NCBI GenBank assembly: GCA_951406725.2 | Contig: OX597833.1 | Span: 42,346,001-42,410,000, forward strand | Source of the DNA: Octopus vulgaris | Lineage: Eukaryota | Direction: 5' to 3' | Length of the DNA stretch: 64,000 bases | Shown: positions 25,677 to 38,101 of the stretch, in pieces | Numbering within the stretch: position 1 is the first letter of the stretch | How the letters are laid out: every line of letters begins with the position of its first letter | The notes under the pieces: generated by a model | Database searches by the model: none | Told to the model about the DNA's origin: nothing | What the model saw: only the letters and a program-made list of their open reading frames with translations | Translations under genes and position numbers: made by a program

Positions 25677-25727
25677 CTGCAAATAAAACAGTAATTATTA
25701 ATGTTGTTGTTGTTGTTGTTATTGTTA

Positions 25728-25777
<50 letters not shown>

Positions 25778-26285
25778 GTGATGAACTGGCAGCATTGTTA
25801 GTATACCGGGCAAAATGCTTAGCAACATTTTGTTGGTCTTTATGTTCTGAGGTCAAATCTTAGAGCGGCTGATTTTGCCTTTCATCCTTTCAGGGTTGAT
25901 GAAATAATTACCAGTTAAGTGCTGCCAAAATTTCAGGCCCTATGTCTAGGGAGTACAATTTGTATGGCTTGAAGAAGAGGATGCTCACTGTAAGGCAGGG
26001 GGAGGAGGTGCACATAAGGAGAAGGGAGCACACAGTGTGGGGTTGGGAGAAGGGGAGTGCATGAACGTGGTACTTAAACATTAAGTTTCATGGAAGATAT
26101 GCAACATCCATGTATCAATCTCAAAATCCTAGCTGTCCCCAACAGAGCAGGTTTTTGGGCATGCTCTGCCCTCATGTCAATTCCAGTTTCTCTGACATAT
26201 TTCTGAAACTTGGTTGTTAGTGCTCCGAGTGCCCCTACAATTACTGGGTTTTAAAGTTACATGATAATTATTATTATTGTTGCAC

Positions 26286-26690
26286 AGGCGCAGGAGTGGC
26301 TGTGTGGTAAGTAGCTTGTTTACCAACCACATGGTTCAGGGTTCAGTCCCACTGCGTGGCACCTTGGGCAAGTGTCTTCTACTATAGCCTCGGGCCGACC
26401 AAAGCCTTGTGAGTGGATTTGGTAGACGGAAACTGAAAGAAGCCCGTCGTATATATGTATATATATGTATGTGCGTGTATGTTTGTGTGTCTGTGTTTGT
26501 CCCCCTAGCATTGCTTGACAACCGATGCTGGTGTGTTTATGTCCCCGTCACTTAGCGGTTCGGCAAAAGAGACCGATAGAATAAGTACTGGGCTTACAAA
26601 GAATAAGTCCCGGGGTCGAGTTTCTTGATTAAAGGCGGTGCACCAGCATGGCCGCAGTCAAAATGACTGAAACAAGTAAAAAGAGAAAAA
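26286..26690 (+). mobile_element. Full-length SINE family A
   Basis: tRNA-like head ggagtggctgtgtggtaag...ggttcagtcccactg, internal (TA/TG)n, tail tgactgaaacaagtaaaagag; other copies at 19935-20310(-), 24850-25112(-), 27197-27590, 30005-30470, 38700-39352(-), 40653-41058(-), 49730-50128, 58140-58533(-), 59750-60122(-). Confidence 0.9.
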
Positions 26691-27906
26691 AAGAGAAAAA
26701 AAAAAAGAGAATAATCTGTGTTATTTCTGAAATCACCCAAACAGGAAAGGGATCTGTTGTGGAAGTATTCCAACCACCTCTAAGTGACTAAAAGTGGCCT
26801 GGCTCATTGTTATAAAACAAAGAACTGTCAGCAATTGGCAGTTTGTGTTGGCAGCAGTTCACCTTTAATATAGTGAGCCTTTAATATAGAGTATCGAGTC
26901 TCATGTAATAGTATTGTGTATATGCTTTCTTCTGCCCTGCTTTGTTATATTATATAACCAATACAAGGATCTAAAAGGATTTAACAACCGGAAAAATGGC
27001 AGGTGATTATTTGAGCTGTTTTATAGACACAGAAAAAGAATTCTATGTACATTAAGCCTTCATTTTTCTTTGATGTCTCTTGTTAGCCAAAATCTGACAC
27101 AGAGATAATTAAGATATTTCCACATGGTCTATATGGACTGTGAGCCCCTTCATATCAGGCAACAATAGAATATTTACCAGTTTTCTGTCACTTAATAGGT
27201 GCAGGAATGGCTGTGTGGTAAGTAGCTTGCTTACCAACCACATGGTTCCAGGTTCAGTCCCACCGTGTGACACCTTAAGGAGCAAGTGTCTTCTACTATA
27301 GCCTTGGACTGACCAAAGCCTTGTCAGTGGATTTGGTAGATGGAATTTGAAAGAACCCCGTCATATATGTGTGTGTGTGTGTGTATTTGTTTTTGTGTCT
27401 CTGTTTGTCCCCCCCCCCAACATCGTTTGACAACTGATGCTGGTATGTTTACGTCCCTTTAACATAGCAGTTCAGCAACAGAATAAGTACTAGGCTTACA
27501 AAGAATAAGCCCTGGGGTCAATTTGCTTGACTAAAGGTGGTGCTCCAGCATGGCCACAGTCAAATGACTGAAACAAGTAAATGAATAAAAGTATAATAAA
27601 CTTTCTCAGTAAAACTAGTGGGCATTAATAAATGACAGTAACAAATTTGTGGATACTATCTTTCAAATACACATACACAAACACACACGCTCTGGTCCTT
27701 AAGCCCAGTGTATCCTTAATAGTTCAGTTAAGCTGCAATTCAGCTTACATCAATGCACATACATAGAAGTATACATAAGGTACTGTGCTGTAGAAATGAA
27801 CCCAGAACCATGTAACTGAGAAGTGAACATTTTAACTATCCAGCCATACATCTATGTACTACTATTACTACTACACACATTATATTTATATGCCAAGTAG
27901 TCCTTA

Positions 27907-28110
<204 letters not shown>

Positions 28111-28399
28111 TTAAAAATCTTAAGGGAAAAAATTACAATGCCTGCAATGGTATATGGGACATTGAACAAATGAAAACACCACTATCTTCTCTTGTCTAAT
28201 TACTAGTGAGGAACTTCAGAATGAATTACCTCCACTCTTATCCTACAACAAACCTGGTTTGCTACCAAATTTAAAATATAAAAGCAGCAAAGATGTTTAG
28301 CAGCATTTCTTCCAGCTCTTTGTGTTCTGAATTCAAATTCAACTAATGTCAAGCTTGCCTTTTCTCCTTTCAGGATTGGGGTCAAAGTAATTGGCTTGC

Positions 28400-29160
28400 C
28401 CCCACCTCTTAAAGCCTGTTCCGTGCCTGTTTGAGATAAACTCTACTGGCATGGAAGTGCCGTCAGCTGGGCTTGCCCGAGGTGCACCCAGGATGACAAA
28501 ACCGTTCTGCATGCACTCATCCGGTACCCGCGTATTGCTGACCTGTGGGTTTATATCGAACAGCTACTGTCGCGTATAGGACGGATCCGGCTATCAGCTG
28601 AATCCATAGTGAGGATTGTCCCGCCGACCTCCTTTAACTGGGAGGGCAAGGCAATTTTCCTTTGTCTAGTGGCTGTAGCAAAAGAGGTGGTATGGTGGAC
28701 CTGTTTGAAAGGGCTAAAGTCAGACACTTTCCTCTTTGGCCAAGGCCTCATCAACTTTTTCAAGTTCCACTTGAAAAGGAAGATGAGAGTAGAGAGAGAA
28801 GTGCTTTCTTGTAGTAAATTTATTGAAAGGTGGGTGAATGTCGAAAAAATGGAACAGTATGAACGGACCAATTCTGAGGTTACACCTGTGAAAAAAAAAG
28901 GTAATATAAAAGGAGAAGGGGCTCTCTACCCCCTTTTGACCAGGCTCCCGTGGCTTTTATGGATTTTTCCATGAGTAACCTTTTGAAGCGCCTCCCGCTA
29001 TTGGGAGTTTTACTTGTTATATATATTTACGTTGTTATTTTGAATGTTTACACGGACCTTTCTTTCGGACAAAACCCTTTGTACTTTGCGTCCTATATTT
29101 GTCCTTACATGTTTCTTTGATTTATGTTAGCCCTTGTGGCCAATAAACCAGAATTAATTA
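28400..29160 (+). mobile_element. Tx1/L1-like LINE 3' fragment
   Basis: Degenerate CPRC...TVLHAL zinc-knuckle region followed by ORF 28609-28974 (AKEVVW...FFK..LK.K.RVER...F.ERW); ends in a (TTA)n tract. Confidence 0.65.
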
Positions 29161-29178
29161 TTATTATTATTATTACTA

Positions 29179-29251
<73 letters not shown>

Positions 29252-30565
29252 TTGATATCCTACGTTCTACTTGCCTAGAACCTGTCATCATTTCTCTGAA
29301 CCACCCCTCCCCACTGGTGCTCCCCTATATATTTCTGCCCCCCCCCACATAAAAGCACCATCCGAACGTGGTCGATGCCAGACCCCTCTGGCACCTGTGC
29401 AGGTGGCACGTAAAAAACACCCACTACACTCGCGGAGTGGTTGGCGTTAGGAAGGGCATCCAGCTGTAGAAACACTGCCAGACTAGACTGGAGCCTGGGG
29501 CAGTCCCGAGCTCCCCAGACCCCGGTCGAAACCGTCCAACCCGTGCTAGCGCGGAAAACGGACGTTAAACGATGATGATGATTATTATTAAGGTGGTATG
29601 CTGGGCAAAATGCTTAGTGGAATTTTGTCCATCCTTATATTTGAAGTTCAAACTCCATCAAGGTCAACTTTGCCTTTTGGGGTCCAGCTGAAGAGGGATA
29701 AAAATAAAAAAAAGGTGGGGGTGGATTTATGAATATGTGTGTGGACACAGGACTCCCAAAAGCAATGTGATAATAGACTGATCAAAATAGGGTAAATAGA
29801 AATCTAAAAGACAAGAATCATAATCTGGGAATTTACATCCAGTCAATACTGATAGTCCTATAAGGGAGTTTTTATATGGCTACTCAATTTGCTACAAAGG
29901 GCAGCCAAATTTCCTTAAGATTATGCTCTGCCAGAGGAAAGGACTCATTAGATAATGTGGTCCATAGGGAACTATACTGAAGAAAAAAAAAACAACTAAA
30001 AGGCACAACTGTGGCTATGTGGTAAGAAGCTTGCTTCTCAACCACATGGTTCCAGGTTCAGTCCCACTGTGTGGCACCTTGGGCAAGTGTCTTCTACTAT
30101 TGTCTCAGTTTGACCAAAGTTTTGTGAGTGGATTTGGTAGATGGAAACTGAAAGAAGCCTGCTGTATATGTGTGTGTATTTCTGTGTTTGTGTGCATGTG
30201 TGTGTGTGAGTGTGTTTGTGTTTTTGTGTGCGTGTGTGTGTGTGTCTGTGTGTATGTGTATATCTGTCTTTGTTCCCCACCACTGCTTGACAACTCGTGT
30301 TTGTGGTTTTTATGTCCCTGTAACTTAGTGGTTTGGCAAAAGAGACTGACAGGATAAGTACCAGGCTTTTAAAAAATAAGTCCTGTGGTTGATTTGTTCA
30401 GCTAAAACCCTTCAAGATGGCGCCCCAACATGGCCACAGTCAAACGACTGAAACAGATAAAAGATAAAAAGAAAAGGATGGGTTTGAACCCCTTTCATCA
30501 TAGTTCTGTTTGTTCAATGAAAGCCAAACCAAGAGTTAAACAACAGCAAGAAGAAAGCCACTTAC

Positions 30566-30699
30566 GTGTCATAATCTTCACAGACTTGTCCCACTGATAG
30601 TATAGCTTGCATGTAATCATTTGGTCTTTCTGGATGTATATAGTGCAGAGAATTCACATCATTTGGATCACCATTTGATCCAGTGAAATCTACACCAAC
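30566..30699 (-). CDS. CPNE3: Copine coding exon 10 ([45 protein letters not shown]), vWA start
   Basis: tatag| acceptor, AC|gtaag donor (phase 2), 134 nt; DFTGSNG MIDAS-like motif. Confidence 0.96.
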
Positions 30700-30979
30700 C
30701 TATAAATATAAAGACATACAAACACTAATAAATACATATATACATACGTGCGTTCATACATGCATACATACATATAAGAATTTAGAAACTTTGAGAGAAT
30801 TGGAAATAATTTCTTTTTTGGAACAATGAGACTTGAAGCAGATAAACCTATAAATAATGGTTTCAAATTTTTGCCACAAGGCCATGAAGTTTTGTGAAGG
30901 GGATTTTGGATAGAAAAAGTTCGAGGCTATCTATGAGACATGAACCCACATCTTTAGTAGACATGATAAATGTCATACA

Positions 30980-31027
<48 letters not shown>

Positions 31028-31030
<3 letters not shown>

Positions 31031-31565
31031 ACAATTATTCAGTAGCCAAGATAAAACTCTGAGTTTCGGATGCCGAGGTGGAAATCCACACCACCATCTC
31101 TTCCGTTGTCTGGCCATCGGAAAAACGCTTTTGCCAAATGTATATGCATATACATACAAACCCACACACACATGCGAGTGAAGATGTGTATGTTTTTATA
31201 GTGATGTATGCGTTTGCACGTGGGTGTGCCAACGCACATGTGTACGTATGAACAGGTGTGCTTATGTGTTTACTATGAACTTTTTACCTTATTTTAATTA
31301 GCAGTCATTCGAATTAGCACTTTTGTATAAATAGTGGTTTATAACACAGTAATTTCCTTTTGTATAACGGCTTTTTTCATAGCATTTTTCCGATGGCCGG
31401 ACACCTGAAGAGATGGTGGTGTGGATTTCCACCTCAGCATCCGAAACTCAGAGTTTTATCTTGGCTACTGAATAATTGTCACATATTATATCTAAAGATA
31501 AATTCCTCTATTTACTAATATTGAGGTCTCTTTCTTTCTTTTGTTATCTTACCGTTTTTACCAAT
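31028..31565. mobile_element. Inverted pair of ~100-bp Penelope-like terminal repeats with degenerate hammerhead motifs
   Basis: Arms 31028-31126 and 31385-31482 are reverse complements; the plus arm has CTGAAGA..GAAAC-tcaga-GTT. Confidence 0.7.
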
Positions 31566-31599
31566 ATATATATGTATGTGTGTTTTATTGTTGTTTACA

Positions 31600-32790
31600 A
31601 ATAACACAGAAAAAATAAACAAACAGTTGCCAGGGTAGCAAAAATTCACACAAGTAACAAGGATGTAACAACCTATTTATAAAGGTAGAAGCTCCAGGTT
31701 AAGGTGAAATGTTTTGTATAACACAGATAAATAAATAAAAGGGGTTAAATATAGGTGTTATTCAAATTCGTTTACTTCCGACATATGTTTCGAAGACAAC
31801 ATTGATATTATTCCAGAAGGAATAAAATGGTGTAAAACAATGCAATCTTCTCATCAGGGAAAGAAAGAAACCAAACATATCAATAAGACATTTTAACAGA
31901 ATGGGATGACTGTGTATAATGATGAAGGGAATGCTATTAAGTTTTAAAAAAAAAACGTTAATAAATATAACATCAAAGGTAGCATATAGAAAGAGAAGGA
32001 GGAGAAGGAAAGAAACTAGCAGAAAACTAATAGTGGAGAAATATAGAGCAATGGGTGAATTAGAATAAAGGTTAAAAGCATGGAATTAGATATATTTAGT
32101 GGAAGTGAAATGTAAGAAGACAGTCAAAGGTCAAATTATATAGAGTGGTAGAAATCACTTATAGGAACTAAAGGTATGCTTCTGCCAATGTTTGCAACGA
32201 TAAATGCCTTCTCTAAATGTGTTTGCAAGGGGATTCTTTGAGAATAGAATATAAAACATTTCACTATTATAAAGCAAGCAGAAATGTTTACCTTTATCAT
32301 ATGGTAAAGAAATAGAGAGAATATTCCATTCCAAATTGAGAGAGAGAGAGGTTTCTTTTCAATTATATTGTTTATTTAGGAAGAGGAGAAAATTTTTGTT
32401 TTTGGACAAAGGGAGAAAGAGAAGATGATAGGGAACAAGGCGATTGAGAAAGAGGAAGAAAAGCAAAGGTGGGGGAATGGTAGACAGTGAGAGGGAGAGG
32501 TTTCTTTTCAATTTGGTTTGGTCAAATCCATTGAAATTTCATTACATTTCCAGAAAGCATTTTTTCTTTCTCCTCTTTCCTTTCTCATTGTATACTTACC
32601 AACATATTTGTAAATATAGATATTTTCTCATTATATATATAGTAGGTGGTAGTGGCTAAATGACCTTTCAAAATGTCAATTTTAGGAAGTAGAATGGGAA
32701 AGATAAGAAAAAAGAAGAAGAAAGAAAGAAGAAAACTGATTCTTAAGAGGGTGCACAGAAACTGATGTAATTGACATGGGTTATTATTAT
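31600..32790 (-). mobile_element. Penelope-like element 3' remnant
   Basis: Minus-strand ~32350-32155 reads LEWNILSISLPYDKGKHFCLLYNSEMFYILFSKNPLANTFREGIYRCKHWQKH*, resembling the Penelope C-terminal W.IL...PY....C.LC..E...I......LN...E....C.H; hammerhead lies downstream. Confidence 0.7.
31775..31863 (-). ncRNA. Minimal type I hammerhead ribozyme, intact core
   Basis: Minus strand tTTCC-CTGATGA-GAAGA...TCTTC-GAAAC-atat-GTC^-GGAAg; palindromic stem III ACATATGT; predicted cleavage between 31780 and 31779. Confidence 0.85.
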
Positions 32791-33637
32791 TATTATTTCT
32801 GTGCCGGTGGCACATAAAAAGCACCATCCGAACGTGGCCGGTGCCAGCGCCGCCTTGACTGGCTTCCGTGCCAGTGGCACGTTAAAAGTACCAACTGATC
32901 GTGGCCAATGCCAGACTCCCCTGGCACCTGTGCCGGTGGTACGTAAAAAGTACCCACTACACTCGCGGAGTGGTTGGTGTTAGGAAGGGCATCCAGCTGT
33001 AGAAGCACTGCCAGATCAGACTGGAGCCTGGTGCAGCCCCTGGCTTCCCAGACCCTGGTCGAACCGTCCAACCCGTGCTAGTGCGGAAAACGGATGCTAA
33101 ACGATGATGATGATGATTATTATTATTATAAGGCAATAAGCTGGCAGAATCATTAGCATGTCAGACAAAATGTCTAGCAGCATTTCTTTTGTTTTTACAA
33201 TGAGGTTGACTTTACCTTTCATCCTTTCAGCACCAGTGACCACTGGGGTCAAAATAGTCAACTCTACCCCTCTCCTCGAATTCCAGACTTTGTGCTAATA
33301 GTAGAAAGAATTATTATTTCTATTATTCCTTCGGCAGAATAGCTAGAATGCCAGACAAAATGCTTTGCTTTGCTCTGGCTCTTTATGTTCTGAGTTCAAA
33401 TTCTACTGAGGTCATCTTTGTCTTTTCACCCTTTTCAGGGTTGATAAAACAAAGTGCCAGTCAAGTACTGGGGTTGATGGTATAGAATACTCCCCACCAC
33501 ATCAAAATTTCAGGCCTTGGCTAGTAGTAAATTATTGCATACTGCTATACTACTATTGGTGTAATGGAAAGGAAACACACAGTTTGGGCAGGGATGTAAA
33601 GCAGTTAAAAAGAAAAGAAGAAAAGAAAGAGTCTTAC

Positions 33638-33697
33638 CGTAAAATTGATGTTTGTTCCTGCCATAATGTAGTTCAAAAAAGATGGTAATATTGACAC
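33638..33697 (-). CDS. CPNE3: Copine coding exon 9 (VSILPSFLNYIMAGTNINFT)
   Basis: ttacag| acceptor, ACG|gtaaga donor, 60 nt; SFL.YI..G..INFT motif. Confidence 0.94.
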
Positions 33698-33769
33698 CTG
33701 TAAGAAAAATGGACTCTTTGAAAATATTCCATTTAAATTTGAGGTTGCAATCATGCAATAAATGTTATT

Positions 33770-34274
33770 GGAACCTGTGGAAGAGGTAGATCCAAGAAGA
33801 TATGGGATGAGGTGGTGAAATGTCATTGAAGCGATAACAAGTGATTGAGACTTCTGGCGAAAGACAGTGCTTGAGAAGACACTTCAATCTAAGCGATATT
33901 GTGGTTGTGGACAGTGCCAGTGATATATGAAAAACACCTGTGCTGGTGACACTTAAAAAACACCCATGCCAGTGACACGTAAAAGACACCCGTGCTGGTG
34001 ACATGTGAAAGACACTCAGAACACTCAGTGCAGTGGTTGGCATTAGGAAGGGCATCCAGCCATAGACCCCCAAACCAAAACTGAGTGGAGCCTGGTGCAG
34101 CTCTCTGGTTTACCATCTCCAGTCAAACTGTCTAACTCATACCAGCATGGAAAACATGTTAAATGACGCCACTGCCGCTGATGACGCCACTGCCGCTGAT
34201 GACGCCACCGCCGCCGATGATGCCACCACCGCCGATGACGCCACCGCTGCCGATGACGCCACCATCGCCGCCAA
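33770..34274 (+). mobile_element. RTE-type LINE 3' fragment with tail expanded into an 18-bp GC-rich repeat
   Basis: ggaagaggtagatccaagaagatatgggatgaggtggtg (GRGRP.K.W.E.V) plus the family 3' UTR; (gatgacgccaccgccgcc)n at 34163-34274. Confidence 0.7.
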
Positions 34275-35973
34275 GCAATATTAAACAGTATTCCTCAAGA
34301 ATTTCATAACTATTTAATTTGATGCAGCTTTGTAGATGCTGAAAATACAACTTTTGTCTCATACACATGAATGTAAAGTTAATGTCACCTAACACTTTAA
34401 CTGTGCCTTTATGAGTCAATGGTGGAGGCATCCATGAGCCTCTTGATCTGTTAAAAGCAGCAACCAAATTTTTAAATTATTCTGCTGGGCTGCCATAAAA
34501 AAGTAAAGTACAAACTGAACAACATAGTCAAGGATACTCTATACCTGATTTAAAAAAAAGCCCCAAAATAACAAAAAAGCTGGGTAGTCACATAATATTT
34601 TTCACCATATGTCAGTTGAATGAAAGTTGACTTGAAATCAAACATCAACAACAGTGCCCCAACCAATCTCATTTACTGTATTGTATTGAGCCATTCTCTA
34701 CATGACCGTTGACCTGCTCAAAACATCAGCCAAATCTCTCTCAAATTGCACCCTAATGTCTTAGGAAACAACATGTTGAATAATGTAGCCCTGAGTTCCT
34801 TGCAAAAATGAAAAAAACAGGATGGTCATAGCTAGGATATCTTTGATGGTAGATCTGCTCAACGAAGGCTGACTTAGGGCTAAACAACATCAACAACTGT
34901 GTCATATCTTATCATTATCATCATCATTTAACATCTGGTTTCCATGCTGGCATATATCAGGATACATTGTGTAATGTATCCTTCTTTCTTTAAGATGGTA
35001 GTACAGGGTTTTTGATCAACCCTGTAGAGCAACCCTGAAGAAGCTCCCTTGTTGCCAGGAAAAAAATGGGATGCTTTATATCATAAGCTTCTTCCATGAA
35101 CATGGAGCAGAAAAACAACAGCAACAACTGCTTTCTATGAAAATTCTGGAATGCATTTGTAGAATAGAATGCTGTAGTCACTGAACCATGCCTACATTTT
35201 TAAGAAAATGTTGTTGGGGGTTTGCTGAGAAAAATGTGGGCCTTCTTTTAAGATCTCAAAGACTACAGGGAAGTGGACAGGAAGGAAGTTATTTCCAGAA
35301 TAGAAATAAGCCTGAATACTTGCAACAAAGTGAATTCCGCTAAAACCCCCAGGGGTCACAAAATAGTTGCTTATTACACTATGTAATAAAATTTTTGTCC
35401 TTGGGTAGCAACTGTTATTTCTTATATGCTTACCCTTAGAAAATATGAAAAATGGATAATGTTTACTTCAAACTTTGCTTTTGTTACATTTATTCAAACC
35501 CCAAAGAAGCCTTCCTAACACATGGCTATGATGCTTTCCTATGCTTCATCTCAGAGATGCATGTATTGTCAGCCACTAAGAGACATGCTCAAGTGGTTAA
35601 GGTCAAGCAACTGACAAGCAAATCTGTGGTATTGAACAGAATATTTGCTATAACAATATTTCTGCTTCAGCAACTCAGCACTGAATCTGTCTGAAATGTA
35701 ATATAAAATAGGCCAGTTTCAAAACATTGATGCCCAGGTCACAAAAGCAAAATCTGAAGGCAATAGTAGTCATTTCTTTTGATTCCTAGATAGAAGCAAA
35801 TACAAAATAACATTTACTGACCAAAGACTGAAAAAAATAAAAATAAAAATATAGATTTTGTTACACAATGTTTACATAAAATCTCTCATTTTTAGGATCT
35901 CTTGTTAATAAATTTAAAATTATTTCTCTCATATGAGATTAATAGTTTGTATTAAAAAAAAGTGTTTGCTTAC

Positions 35974-36051
35974 TTTACAGGCGTATAAAATAATACTTCC
36001 AGAACTTTTCTTTTTTGCAGCATTTTTGGGGTGAATACATAACTTGACAAC
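35974..36051 (-). CDS. CPNE3: Copine coding exon 8 (VVKLCIHPKNAAKKKSSGSIILYACK)
   Basis: cttcag| acceptor, AAA|gtaagc donor, 78 nt; CI.PK...KKK..SG linker of copines. Confidence 0.92.
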
Positions 36052-36246
36052 CTGAAGACGAAGAAGAAAAAGAAGTAAAGTATTTATCTCTCTCCCACCC
36101 CTCTCGACATAAACCTTTCTGATCTTATACTGAAGTTGGAAGTGACTGGTGGAAATAGGAAAAAGTGATAAGAACACTTACTACATGATAACCACCCATC
36201 ACTAAAAAACCAAAACCATCTGTTCTATTTATTAAGAAAATCTTAC

Positions 36247-36345
36247 TTCATTACTTGAATTTGCTTTCATCATTTCTGTCAAAGTCATCTCACAACAACC
36301 AATCATATCATGGGATCCATCACTATCCCAGTCATAGCAGTTGAT
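36247..36345 (-). CDS. CPNE3: Copine coding exon 7 (INCYDWDSDGSHDMIGCCEMTLTEMMKANSSNE)
   Basis: ttcag| acceptor, GAA|gtaaga donor, 99 nt; C2B Ca2+-binding aspartates. Confidence 0.95.
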
Positions 36346-36412
36346 CTGAAATAAAGAATGAAATGTAAAAAACAAATTATTATTATTATTATTATTGTTG
36401 TTATTATTATTA

Positions 36413-38101
36413 TCTTATATCTATAAAACTCAAAATGTCTGTGTGTTTGTGTGTGTGTGTGTGTGTATGCTTTTTATGCGTTTCCACATTTTTCATCCGA
36501 TTTTGATGAAATTTGTTTTATTAAATGGCAAATTTACCCAGGCAAGTCACTGCTGTATTACCGATGCCTAGAGATATCCCCTTCTAGGAGTAAAATCGAT
36601 AAAACTGAAGGGACCTCCCACTTTTTGCTAAAAAAAAATAAGGGCAAAAGTTGCAAGCAACAAAAGTTTTTACAGGAACATTCAATTTTTGAAAGCACTG
36701 GACAGGAACCTGAAAGACATCAGGGGCTGCATTAGCCCCATGGGAGGTGTTTCCCTCCTTCTGTCTGGTGATTTCAGACAAACCCTACCTATAATTCCAA
36801 AAGGCACCAGAGTCAATGCTGTAATGCCTTGCATTAAGTTATCTTCCCTGTGGCAGGATGTGGCAATTTTGACTCTCACAACAAACACGAGGGCCTAGCT
36901 TTTCAGTGACAACTTATCGGGCAACTTCTCCAAGCAACTTTTTCCTGATCTGTACATAAACTACCATAACCTGAATTGGCTTTGCAAAAGAGCCATATTA
37001 GCTCCCAAAAATACATTTGTTGCAGAACTCAATGAAAACCTACTGCGAAGCCTTCCTGGAAACCTTCATACCCACAAATCTGTGGACACTGTTGTGGACC
37101 AAGAAGAAGCTGTTAATTTTCCCACAGAATTCCTCAATTCCTTGGACCCCTTGGGACTACTGCCTCATCCACTGCACCTCAAAATTGGAGCTCTGGTCAT
37201 GCTGCTGAGGAACCTGGAGCCACCACGTCTGTGCAACAGAATGCGGTTAGTGGTAAAAAATGTGCTGCCTCATGTTATTGAAGTAACAATTCTTATGGGT
37301 CGTGGCATTGGAGACAATGTCTTTATACCCAGGATACCTCTTACTCCATCAGATAAGCAATGTCTCTGTCCCTTGCATTGACTTCAGTTCCCTCTTCGAC
37401 TTTGCATTGCCATGTCCATCAACAAGTCCCAAGGCCAAATGCTAACAATGACAGGCCTCCATTTAGGCCAACCATGCTTCTCACACGGCAAATTATACGT
37501 CGGATGCTCAAGAGTTGGATGCAAAAAAAACCTTTCCGTGTTTGCCCCGAAAGCCAAAACAAAAAATGTCGTCTATCGTGAGGTGCTGTAGGCCATCCAA
37601 CATGCTGCAGCTTCCTTGTCGAAACGGTTTATGGTGAATGAGTACTATTGGTGCCATTCTTTCAAAATTACCTGTTTTTCTTAAATCTTTTTTTTTTATT
37701 TTGTCTACAACAGCTTCTCAATCTCCTTGCAGATGGTTTGAGTTTTGGCATCACAGCACCCACAGCTTTTCATGTGAACAAAAAAGGACATTTATACCTG
37801 TGAACAGTTAACAATCCTTTCCAGAGCTATTGTGAGAACGATAACATAGCCCTTTTCAGGGCTACTTTACATTCAATTGTTGCACCTCTTGAGATGCTCT
37901 TGTGGCTTTTCCAGGGCTTTTCACCCTGTAGTTACTATTTTATTTATGGTCTATGGGAAAAAATCACTTCTTCCTCAATGTCAATTTTTGCAACTTAACG
38001 CAAAACATATTCAAAGAGATGTACAACAAGAGAAATGGTAGAACCTATTAAGACCACTGCCAAGTATTTAATACCTGAGCAACGCTGAGTACTACTGCTA
38101 G
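36413..38101 (+). mobile_element. Internally deleted Helitron with both termini, in copine intron 6
   Basis: 5' TC after A, 3' hairpin plus CTAG before T; helicase remnants ALDRNLKDIR...GG...LLSGDFRQTLP and FPTEFLNSL...LHLKIGALVMLLRNL.PPRLCN...VFIPRIPL. Confidence 0.92.
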
